Part shown: positions 27,650 through 34,391 of the stretch, piece by piece
How the letters are laid out: every line of letters starts with the position of its first letter
How positions within the stretch are numbered: the stretch's first letter is position 1
Assembly: GCA_045543675.1 (NCBI GenBank)
Contig: JAZPXM010000152.1
Span: 1 to 47,124, forward strand
From: Acutalibacteraceae bacterium
GTDB lineage: Bacteria; Bacillota; Clostridia; Oscillospirales; Acutalibacteraceae
Length of the DNA stretch: 47,124 nucleotides
Direction: 5' to 3'
Translations under genes and position numbers: made by a program
Notes under the pieces: model-generated
The model's database searches: none
Told to the model about the DNA's origin: nothing
What the model saw: only the letters and a program-made list of their open reading frames with translations

Positions 27650-28117
27650 ATGCGGATAGGACACGGTTACGACGTACACAAGTTGGTGGAAGACCGCCGT
27701 CTTATACTGGGCGGCGTGGATATTCCGTACGAAAAAGGATTGCTCGGCCATTCGGATGCCGATGTGCTGTTACACGCTGTTGCCGATGCGTTGTTGGGCG
27801 CGGCGGGGTTTGGTGATATCGGCGGTATGTTTCCCGATACCGACCCTGCTTTCAAGGATGCGGACAGCGTTAAATTGTTAGAGCAGGTAGTTGCCCGTTT
27901 GCAAGAAAACGGGTACACGGTGGGCAACATTGATGCCACCGTTTTGACGCAACGCCCGAAGCTTGCCCCCTTTATCCCCTTCATGCGAAAAAACATCGCC
28001 AAAGCGTGCGGTGTGTCGGTAGATGCCGTTAACGTGAAAGCCACCACCGAAGAGGGGCTGGGCTTTACGGGTGCAGGCGCGGGTATTGCCGCGCACGCTG
28101 TGTGTATTATTTTATGA
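27650..28117 (+). CDS. ispF: 2-C-methyl-D-erythritol 2,4-cyclodiphosphate synthase
   Basis: [12 protein letters not shown]...[12 protein letters not shown]...[11 protein letters not shown] motifs. Confidence 0.95.
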   Translation: MRIGHGYDVHKLVEDRRLILGGVDIPYEKGLLGHSDADVLLHAVADALLGAAGFGDIGGMFPDTDPAFKDADSVKLLEQVVARLQENGYTVGNIDATVLTQRPKLAPFIPFMRKNIAKACGVSVDAVNVKATTEEGLGFTGAGAGIAAHAVCIIL

Positions 28118-28149
28118 TCCACCAACAGAATTCACCAAATTTTTCATCG

Positions 28150-28185
28150 AAAAAGCCTTATCGTAATGATAAGGCTTTTTTCTTT
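28150..28185 (+). terminator. Terminator after ispF
   Basis: aaaagccttatc / gataaggctttt stem followed by a T-run. Confidence 0.8.
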
Positions 28186-28213
28186 TGTCAAAACAGTAGA
28201 AAGGATGTTTCAA

Positions 28214-28552
28214 ATGGACGTTAAGTTTGAAAAGCAGGATCGAACGCTCACCGTTTTTCTGCGCGGGGAAATTGATCACCACGCCGCAGGCGGTTTGCGG
28301 GAACAAATAGACGGTGCTGTGGTAAGCGGCGGTATTGTATGCCTTGTTTTGGATTTCAGCGAAGTATCGTTTATGGACAGTTCGGGGGTAGGGTTGATTC
28401 TCGGACGGTATAAACTACTGTGTGCCCGCGGCGGCAAACTCACGGTGCGCGGTATGACAGCGCGGTATCTCGCAATGATGAAAATGGCGGGAATGGAAAA
28501 ATTAGGGATTTTACAAACAGAGGAGAGTGCGACCAATGAAAGCAATCAATGA
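28214..28552 (+). CDS. spoIIAA: Anti-sigma-F factor antagonist
   Basis: STAS domain with the phosphorylatable-Ser motif FMDSSGVG. It is the first gene of a IIAA-IIAB-sigF operon. Confidence 0.9.
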   Translation: MDVKFEKQDRTLTVFLRGEIDHHAAGGLREQIDGAVVSGGIVCLVLDFSEVSFMDSSGVGLILGRYKLLCARGGKLTVRGMTARYLAMMKMAGMEKLGILQTEESATNESNQ

Positions 28553-28982
28553 GACCCGTATCACCTTTTTAAGCCGTTCGGCAAACGAGGGATTTGCGCG
28601 TAGTGCGGTGGCGGCGTTTATCAGTCAGTTAGACCCTGCGGTGGACCAGTTATCCGATATCCGCGTGGCGCTGTCCGAAGCGGTGACCAACTGCATCGTC
28701 CACGCCTATCCTGACAGCATCGGTATGATTACGGTGACCGTACGCTTGTACGAAAACGGCAAGGTAATTATCAAAGTGCGGGACAAGGGACGCGGTATCC
28801 CCGATATTGCGCAAGCCATGGAGCCGATGTACACTACCGGCGGCGAAGACCGTTCGGGATTGGGCTTTTTGGTTATGGAAACCTTTGTGGACAAGTTGCG
28901 GGTGCGGTCTAAGGTGGGAAGCGGCACCACCGTCACCTTGGAAAAGTACATACACCTGCGGCAAGCCGATAAACCCGTATGA
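28536..28982 (+). CDS. spoIIAB: Anti-sigma-F factor (serine kinase)
   Basis: HATPase_c blocks (EAVTNCIVHAY, DKGRGI, GLGF). It overlaps both spoIIAA and sigF. Confidence 0.9.
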   Translation: MKAINETRITFLSRSANEGFARSAVAAFISQLDPAVDQLSDIRVALSEAVTNCIVHAYPDSIGMITVTVRLYENGKVIIKVRDKGRGIPDIAQAMEPMYTTGGEDRSGLGFLVMETFVDKLRVRSKVGSGTTVTLEKYIHLRQADKPV

Positions 28983-29641
28983 CCCGCGACCAACAAATTT
29001 GCGATAATATCGGCCTTGTGCACAGTTGCGCCAGACGATTTCGGGACCGCGGCATAGAATACGACGACTTGTTTCAAGCAGGGTGCGTAGGTCTTGCCAA
29101 AGCGGTGGATGGGTTTGACGCAACCCGCGGATTACAGTTTTCCACCTACGCCGTCCCCGTGATTTTAGGCGAGATCCGCCGTCTGTTCCGTGAAGGCGGA
29201 ACGGTAAAAGTGAGCAGATCGCTGAAAGAGTTATCGCTGAAAGTTAACCGCGAACGCAATAAAATGGTGATAGAGTTGGACCGTGAACCGACGGTCAACG
29301 AGTTAGCAACACGCCTTTGCCATACGCCTGAAGAAATCGCCCAAGCGCTTTTAGCAGGATTGCCGCCCGTGTCGCTCACCGCCGAACGTGATGACGGGGA
29401 AACCGATAGCATTGACCTGCCCGTGCCGCCACCGGAAGAACAGATTACCGATACGCTCGCCCTGCGGCAGGTGTTATCCGAATTAGAGCCGCGGGACAGA
29501 GCACTCATTTCCTTGCGGTATCTGCGGGGCTTGACCCAGCAGGCTACCGCCACGCGATTGGGAATGACCCAGGTGCAAGTTTCACGCAAAGAACGAAAAA
29601 TTTTAGACGTTTTGCGAGAAAAATTGGGTGTTGCGGGATGA
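28979..29641 (+). CDS. sigF: Sporulation sigma factor F
   Basis: Sigma-70 region 2 (DLFQAGCVGLAKAVDGFD...FSTYAVPVILGEIRR) and the region 4 HTH (GLTQQATATRLGMTQVQVSRKERKIL), plus operon context. Confidence 0.9.
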   Translation: MTRDQQICDNIGLVHSCARRFRDRGIEYDDLFQAGCVGLAKAVDGFDATRGLQFSTYAVPVILGEIRRLFREGGTVKVSRSLKELSLKVNRERNKMVIELDREPTVNELATRLCHTPEEIAQALLAGLPPVSLTAERDDGETDSIDLPVPPPEEQITDTLALRQVLSELEPRDRALISLRYLRGLTQQATATRLGMTQVQVSRKERKILDVLREKLGVAG

Positions 29642-29661
29642 GAAAATATCGTCGCCCCCAC

Positions 29662-29689
29662 TTGACAAAACCACCCGCCATTCTATAAT
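29662..29689 (+). promoter_or_regulatory. Consensus sigma-A promoter
   Basis: TTGACA (29662-29667), a 16-nt spacer, then TATAAT (29684-29689), about 25 nt upstream of the next ATG. Confidence 0.65.
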
Positions 29690-29712
29690 AGGAATGGAAA
29701 GGTGGGGCACAT

Positions 29713-30609
29713 ATGGATGCAAAAAATTGGATTTGGGGTATGTCTTCTTGCTGTGTGGGAAGCATTGATAAGGCCGCTTTTGAAGCGTATGCACAAGCGG
29801 GCGTTGGCTGTATGGAAGTGTCCTTAAGTTACGCCGCTTATGCTAATGCCGATTTCAAAGCGGCGGCGACAGCTTCGCGCGAGACGGGGGTGCCGGTGTG
29901 GTCTCTTCACCTGCCGTTTTATCCGTTCCGCTATTTAGACCCCTCCTCGCTTGATAAAGAGGTGCAGGATAATACGCTGGTGGTGCATAAGCACGGCGTA
30001 GACCAAGCCGCATTGCTGGACGCTAAGGTGGTTGTGGTGCATCCAAGCGGCGAACCGAACGCGGATGATACCCGCGCCGCACAGATGCAGTATGCCGCAG
30101 AACATTTGTGTAAACTTGCCGATTACGCGGCACAGTACGGCATCAAAGTGGCGGTAGAAGACCTGCCGCGCACCTGCCTTGGCAACTGTTCAGCGGAGAT
30201 TAAACAGTTGATTGCGGGACACGAAAATTTGGGCGTGTGTTTTGATACCAATCACCTGCTCACCGAGAAAAACAGCGACTTTATCCGCGCTCTCGGGGAT
30301 AAGATCATCACCCTGCACGTGTCTGATTACGATTTTATGAACGAGCGGCATTGGTTGCCATATGAAGGCAAAGTAAACTGGGTGGAACTGGTTACTTTGC
30401 TGGAGCAAGCGGGGTATGCAGGACCGTTTATGTATGAATTGGGATTGCTTACACCCGATTCCATTTTCCGCGACCGCGACTTGACGTTTGCGGATTTCAA
30501 AGCGAACTATCAAGCGTGTGTAAATAAGCAACCATTTGCGCCTGTCGGCACGCCGAATATAGAAGTCTGTAACGCTAATGCGTTTTTAAATCCACCGATT
30601 ATCCAATAA
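29713..30609 (+). CDS. Sugar phosphate isomerase/epimerase (xylose isomerase-like TIM barrel)
   Basis: AP_endonuc_2-type pattern: VVVHPSG, VAVEDLP, VCFDTNH, LHVSDY...HWLPYEG. Confidence 0.75.
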   Translation: MDAKNWIWGMSSCCVGSIDKAAFEAYAQAGVGCMEVSLSYAAYANADFKAAATASRETGVPVWSLHLPFYPFRYLDPSSLDKEVQDNTLVVHKHGVDQAALLDAKVVVVHPSGEPNADDTRAAQMQYAAEHLCKLADYAAQYGIKVAVEDLPRTCLGNCSAEIKQLIAGHENLGVCFDTNHLLTEKNSDFIRALGDKIITLHVSDYDFMNERHWLPYEGKVNWVELVTLLEQAGYAGPFMYELGLLTPDSIFRDRDLTFADFKANYQACVNKQPFAPVGTPNIEVCNANAFLNPPIIQ

Positions 30610-30626
30610 AAAGTTTTGGCAAATGC

Positions 30627-30656
30627 TTGACAAAGTGTAAAATATCGTGTTATAAT
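30627..30656 (+). promoter_or_regulatory. Consensus sigma-A promoter for tRNA-Leu
   Basis: TTGACA (30627-30632), an 18-nt spacer, then TATAAT (30651-30656). Confidence 0.65.
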
Positions 30657-30695
30657 ACCGCTCGTTGAGTGGCGTACCACCGACGAGCAAAATAT

Positions 30696-30782
30696 GCGGG
30701 TATGGCGGAATTGGCAGACGCGTTAGATTCAGGTTCTAATGGTCGCAAGGCTGTGCAGGTTCAAGTCCTGTTACCCGCACCA
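30696..30782 (+). tRNA. tRNA-Leu (anticodon CAG), long variable arm, CCA encoded
   Basis: The acceptor stem is GCGGGTA/TACCCGC, and the anticodon stem is TTAGA/TCTAA with loop TTCAGGT. The variable arm is long, the T loop is TTCAAGT, and the 3' end is ACCA. Length is 87 nt. Confidence 0.9.
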
Positions 30783-30786
30783 ACAA

Positions 30787-30824
30787 AAAACGCACTTTTG
30801 TCTACCGACAAAGGTGCGTTTTTT
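30787..30824 (+). terminator. Rho-independent terminator after tRNA-Leu
   Basis: aaaacgcacttttgtc / gacaaaggtgcgtttt stem followed by a T-run. Confidence 0.85.
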
Positions 30825-30825
30825 G

Positions 30826-30992
30826 AATGATGTTTGCCTTCGGCAAATGATGTCGTTTTACTAATGATGCCGCTGACGCTAATGATGTCGGCTTCGCCTA
30901 ATGTTTTGGGGCAAACATCGCATCATTGCGAGTGAAACGAGCAACATCATTATGCGGAGCATAACATCATATCGCGTCAGCGATATATCATT
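30826..30992. repeat. Array of AATGATG heptamers: five direct copies, then four inverted copies (CATCATT)
   Basis: Direct copies start at 30826, 30846, 30863, 30881 and 30900 (the last degenerate, aatgttt). Inverted copies start at 30921, 30945, 30965 (catcata) and 30986 (tatcatt). Spacing is 17-24 bp. Some spacers also recur in inverted form (gatgtttgcc/ggcaaacatc, cgctgacgc/gcgtcagcg). Confidence 0.8.
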
Positions 30993-31054
30993 GAAAAGCG
31001 CAGCAAAGCGTGATACAATCTGCTCAATAAGTAAGAATTTAGAGGGGTGTTTGT

Positions 31055-31363
31055 ATGTTATTATATTCTATTATTATGTTTTTGGTTGCAGCTCTGTTTA
31101 CGGTACTGGGTATTGCAATTTACAAGGGTAAAACGGATTTAATTCACGATTACCACTAGACAAAAGTCAAAGACAAATCAGCCTACGGAAAAGCCTTTGG
31201 AAAAGCAATGCTTGTTATCGCAACTGCAATGCTACTCAGTGGCATTACAGGACTGTTTGAAAATTTCGGTTTACTCGCCGTTGTTATACTTATCATAGGC
31301 TTGGTGATTGGCTTAGGTTGCATTGTTGCAGTACAAAGAAAGTACAATAACGGAGTATTCTAA
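31055..31363 (+). pseudogene. DUF3784-like small membrane protein gene interrupted by one in-frame TAG
   Basis: AGAGGGGTG RBS plus ATG at 31055. The translation is MLLYSIIMFLVAALFTVLGIAIYKGKTDLIHDYH*TKVKDKSAYGKAFGKAMLVIATAMLLSGITGLFENFGLLAVVILIIGLVIGLGCIVAVQRKYNNGVF, with the TAG at 31157-31159. The frame is otherwise intact across 103 codons. Confidence 0.65.
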
Positions 31364-31532
31364 ACTTGAATTTGTCGAACAGCGCAGCCACACTACTTTT
31401 GGTCGTTTTTGCCCCCACACATACACCTTTTGGTCAGTCTTTCACAACAATATCCGTCCTTGGCACAAATGGGTGATATATCTTCGATATGCTATCTCTC
31501 CTAAAACATATACTATTCTCAATAAATGTAGC

Positions 31533-31568
31533 GTGCTCTCCCCTTTTTCAAGGGGAGAGCACAGTTTT
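31533..31568 (+). terminator. Strong hairpin / probable terminator in non-coding DNA
   Basis: gtgctctcccct / aggggagagcac 12-bp stem with loop ttttca, followed by agtttt. Confidence 0.55.
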
Positions 31569-31984
31569 ATGGCACCGCTTTGCAATAAGCATCCAAAATA
31601 TGCTTATCGGAGAGAGAGGCGCGGTTACCAACCAGTAAAATTACAAAACCCCTGGTCAAACAGGGCTTTGCTGACCACATTTATCGCAATGTAAACGCAT
31701 TTTTGAAAAAACACATTCACCGCTTTTACGGAATACAACCTACTGTTTTGCCGCTGACGGTGAGCATCGTATTTGCTATCGTTGTTATATCGAACAACAT
31801 CTTTGCAGTATTATTTTGTTCCATTATAGCATTATTCTCTGCCGGAGCAACTAAAAAACCTACTGTAATTATATACATATCCTATGAATTAATAATCAAC
31901 CCCTTTGCGCGGGAAGGTGCATCGGTCAAGGGTTTCGTGATATTTTCATTTGAAGAACTTTTTCTTTTTCTGAATCGACTAAGC

Positions 31985-32024
31985 AAAAAGAGAAGATACA
32001 CAAATGTTGTGTATCTTCTCTTTT
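31985..32024 (-). terminator. Terminator of the ten-gene operon (bidirectional hairpin)
   Basis: gagaagatacaca / tgtgtatcttctc 13-bp perfect stem with a 5-nt loop, flanked by an A-run and a T-run. It lies 27 nt beyond the last stop codon at 32051. Confidence 0.85.
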
Positions 32025-32050
32025 CCATTTACCCAAAAGGTGTCTGCGGT

Positions 32051-32332
32051 TTATTTCTTCTCCACCGTATATCCCAGCGCAATGATCAGTTTTATGGTTT
32101 CCAATGCCGTGTTGCGGTCGTACGCTTTTTCGGTTTCGGTTAAATCGGCATACGGCACAAGGCACGGGGTGGTCTTTTTTTCATCATCCCGTTTTTCGCC
32201 GTAGGTCCAACCGTCTGCAATACGCCCCGCCGCCCACACTTCATGGACATTCTCGGCTATTTTTTCGGTAAGTTCTATCAATCCGTCGTCCAACAAAACG
32301 GCAGATGTATCTAAAGGTTTTGGTATATACAT
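32051..32332 (-). CDS. Stand-alone RyR (ryanodine-receptor repeat) domain protein, 93 aa
   Basis: IAENVHEVWAAGRIADGWTYGEKRDDEKKTTPCLVPYADLTETEKAYDRNTALETIK matches the bacterial RyR-domain pattern (H..W....GW.YG...D...K..P.LVPY..L.E.EK..DR). The RBS is AGGAGA. Confidence 0.8.
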   Translation of the reverse strand: MYIPKPLDTSAVLLDDGLIELTEKIAENVHEVWAAGRIADGWTYGEKRDDEKKTTPCLVPYADLTETEKAYDRNTALETIKLIIALGYTVEKK

Positions 32333-32341
32333 CGTATTCTC

Positions 32342-34369
32342 CTAATCTTTTTTCTTCGAAAATTGTGACAAGTCCTGCCACCGCTGCAGGTCAGGATGTA
32401 CAAGCGCACGGTCGGCGCGCCGTTCTCCGTAGCAATACCCGTTCACACGCATATACGCATTCCACCGCATATGCTCGGTCTTTTTACGGCGACACGCTTC
32501 ACAGTAACATATTGTTTTGTCGGTACCGGTACACGGTCCTACCGTGCCAAACGTGCTTTCCAACATCTCTTTATGCACCGCTTTGGCTACCGACGACTGT
32601 CGGTAATACTCGAAGTTCAAGAAAGACGTAATGCCGTTTATCACATTTTGTCTGCCTTCCACACCGTCCGCCTGTATCCAGCGAATGTGGTCGTCAAGCG
32701 CCTGCGCTTCGCGTTTTTGTTCGTTCTCTATCACAGTATACGCAAAATGAGACGATAAATTACCGATAAACTGCACGTGGTACGGTGTACCTTTGTAATT
32801 AACAAGGAACGAATCTTCCTTTTCCCGCGGCTCTACGTTAAGATTTTCCGCCTTTTTATCGTCGTACACCACCGCGTAAATACGGGGTGCATCTGCCGCA
32901 CCTGTTTTCTGCATCACTTCGCAAGCGGCATTATCCACCCCTTGCAAACGGTCAAACAGTTTCCGCAACATAATAGAAACGCGGATATTTTTATCGTCGT
33001 CGCCAAGTGCCACAAACGCCATTGTGGTACGGCGCAGGCGTGCCGCGGATGCGGGATTTTCAAACAAGCGATCAAACGCCGCCGTAAAACAATCCACGTT
33101 CTTATAAAAACGCAGGTCGTAGGTTGCTTCGCCGTCTATGCGGCAAGGATTTTTTGACAGAATTTCGGGACATTCCTGCCGCAATACTTCTTCGATATCC
33201 CGCCGTCCCGTTTTGTCTATGCCGCTGTCCACCACGTTGATTTCCAGCCGATAGCCGTCCATCTGGCAAAACCACAGCGCCGTTTTTAAAATCTGCTTGC
33301 CGTATTCGCCCATACCCACAATGAGCAGTGAAATCACCTTATCATTACACAACTCAAAAACGTGGGATTTACAAAACGTATCCAACACAAGCGAATATAC
33401 GCTGTCCATACGCAAAATGCGGAAACCGCCGTCAAAAGAGAGTCCGCTTGCCTTTGCCCCGTTTTGCAAAAATGCCTGCACATCAAATGCGGGGTCTAAC
33501 AATTTTTCGCGGGTGGCAGGCGGTATCAGCAGGTCGCCTTTTTGTATGGCATCAATAACGTGCGCACCGCCGTCGCTGTTTGCGTATACGTACACGGTGG
33601 TGTTGGCGCGCTTTTTATGCGCGGCGGTCAAGCGAATGGCCTGTTCCAGATTTTCCGACTCATCGTCCCCTATCACAAACAACGCCGCTTTGCGGTTTTT
33701 AGCAAGGCGCAGATGGGTAATATCCTGCTTTAAACAGATACCCCCGACATCGCTTTCCTGTGCTTCACACATTAACGCAAACCCGTCTTCACCGTTTTCC
33801 AAAAACACGTCGGTAAATACGATGGTGGCTTTTTTGCCTTTGGCTTGTCGGATACTGCGTGCTAACGCCACCGACTGCGGATTGAGTTTGGATAACACGT
33901 AAAGCGGCTTTTTGCCGGAAACCGCGTACTGTATACGCGCCGTTACGCTACGGAAAAAAGATAATACGGCAACCGCTGTCAAAACGGGTGCTAACAGCAG
34001 GGTCAGCACCGCCGCGGCGGTATACACCTGCTGTAGCCAATCGGTTGTAACGTTGCTAAGCCCGCTACGTATCATTTCCACGTCGCCGTCCAGCGCAAAC
34101 ACACGCGCCGCTTCCACAAAAGACCAGACAACCGTCGTGAAACGACGGTGGCACAGATTATCTACGTCGTTGACGGTATGTATGATCGGCAGATATTGCA
34201 CCGCAACCGCCACATACGCGCCTGCCGTAAAAACCTGCCACGCGGTAAACAGCCGTTTCGCGCGGGAGACGCGGCGGTGATATACCGCCGCAATCACCAC
34301 CGCTATCGCTATCAACGCCAAAGAAGCCACGCCGAAAACTGCCGCGCGGGCATCTATGGAAGAAAACAT
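32342..34369 (-). CDS. Membrane protein with cytoplasmic Rossmann (TrkA-N/RCK-like) region and C-terminal RyR-like domain, 675 aa
   Basis: N-terminal hydrophobic helices span about aa 9-30, 43-60 and 115-138. A dinucleotide-binding-type loop LLIVGMGEYGKQ is at aa 348-359. The C-terminus EHMRWNAYMRVNGYCYGERRADRALVHPDLQRWQDLSQFSKKKD resembles a RyR domain. No K+ filter (GYG) was seen. Confidence 0.65.
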   Translation of the reverse strand: MFSSIDARAAVFGVASLALIAIAVVIAAVYHRRVSRAKRLFTAWQVFTAGAYVAVAVQYLPIIHTVNDVDNLCHRRFTTVVWSFVEAARVFALDGDVEMIRSGLSNVTTDWLQQVYTAAAVLTLLLAPVLTAVAVLSFFRSVTARIQYAVSGKKPLYVLSKLNPQSVALARSIRQAKGKKATIVFTDVFLENGEDGFALMCEAQESDVGGICLKQDITHLRLAKNRKAALFVIGDDESENLEQAIRLTAAHKKRANTTVYVYANSDGGAHVIDAIQKGDLLIPPATREKLLDPAFDVQAFLQNGAKASGLSFDGGFRILRMDSVYSLVLDTFCKSHVFELCNDKVISLLIVGMGEYGKQILKTALWFCQMDGYRLEINVVDSGIDKTGRRDIEEVLRQECPEILSKNPCRIDGEATYDLRFYKNVDCFTAAFDRLFENPASAARLRRTTMAFVALGDDDKNIRVSIMLRKLFDRLQGVDNAACEVMQKTGAADAPRIYAVVYDDKKAENLNVEPREKEDSFLVNYKGTPYHVQFIGNLSSHFAYTVIENEQKREAQALDDHIRWIQADGVEGRQNVINGITSFLNFEYYRQSSVAKAVHKEMLESTFGTVGPCTGTDKTICYCEACRRKKTEHMRWNAYMRVNGYCYGERRADRALVHPDLQRWQDLSQFSKKKD

Positions 34370-34391
34370 TTTACATCACTGCCTTTTGTGT

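Noticed and set aside
30826-30992. AATGATG array considered as a CRISPR array
   Set aside because: The repeat unit is only 7 nt, the spacing is 17-24 bp, the orientation flips half-way, and no cas genes are present. None of this is compatible with CRISPR.
30901-31131. 76-aa plus-strand ORF across the CATCATT repeats and the start of the DUF3784-like gene
   Set aside because: It has no RBS, is out of frame with the better-supported DUF3784-like gene that it overlaps, and its sequence is dictated by the repeat array.
31393-31488. Minus-strand frame encoding a Cys-rich peptide (IEDISPICAKDGYCCERLTKRCMCGGKNDQK) behind an AGGAGA-like sequence
   Set aside because: It is tempting as a small Cys-rich peptide or bacteriocin-like gene. 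However, the frame has no ATG/GTG/TTG start between the preceding in-frame stop and the peptide, and I cannot support it without a non-canonical start.
31570-31700. Small hairpins (ataagcat/atgcttat near 31585-31608, ccctg/caggg near 31652-31667) considered as a riboswitch or sRNA
   Set aside because: I recognise no known RNA family consensus here. The isolated short stems lie in AT-rich, probably decaying DNA, which is insufficient evidence.
31703-32143. 146-aa plus-strand ORF with hydrophobic segments
   Set aside because: It has a TTG start with no RBS, reads straight through the 13-bp-stem terminator at 31990-32020, and overlaps the well-supported RyR gene on the other strand. It is probably a chance frame in AT-rich DNA, though a short N-terminal membrane peptide cannot be fully excluded.
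32342-34369. 675-aa membrane/Rossmann protein considered as an RCK-gated K+ channel
   Set aside because: There is no T-x-G-Y/F-G selectivity filter or pore-helix signature in the N-terminal membrane region, so I did not call it a channel.
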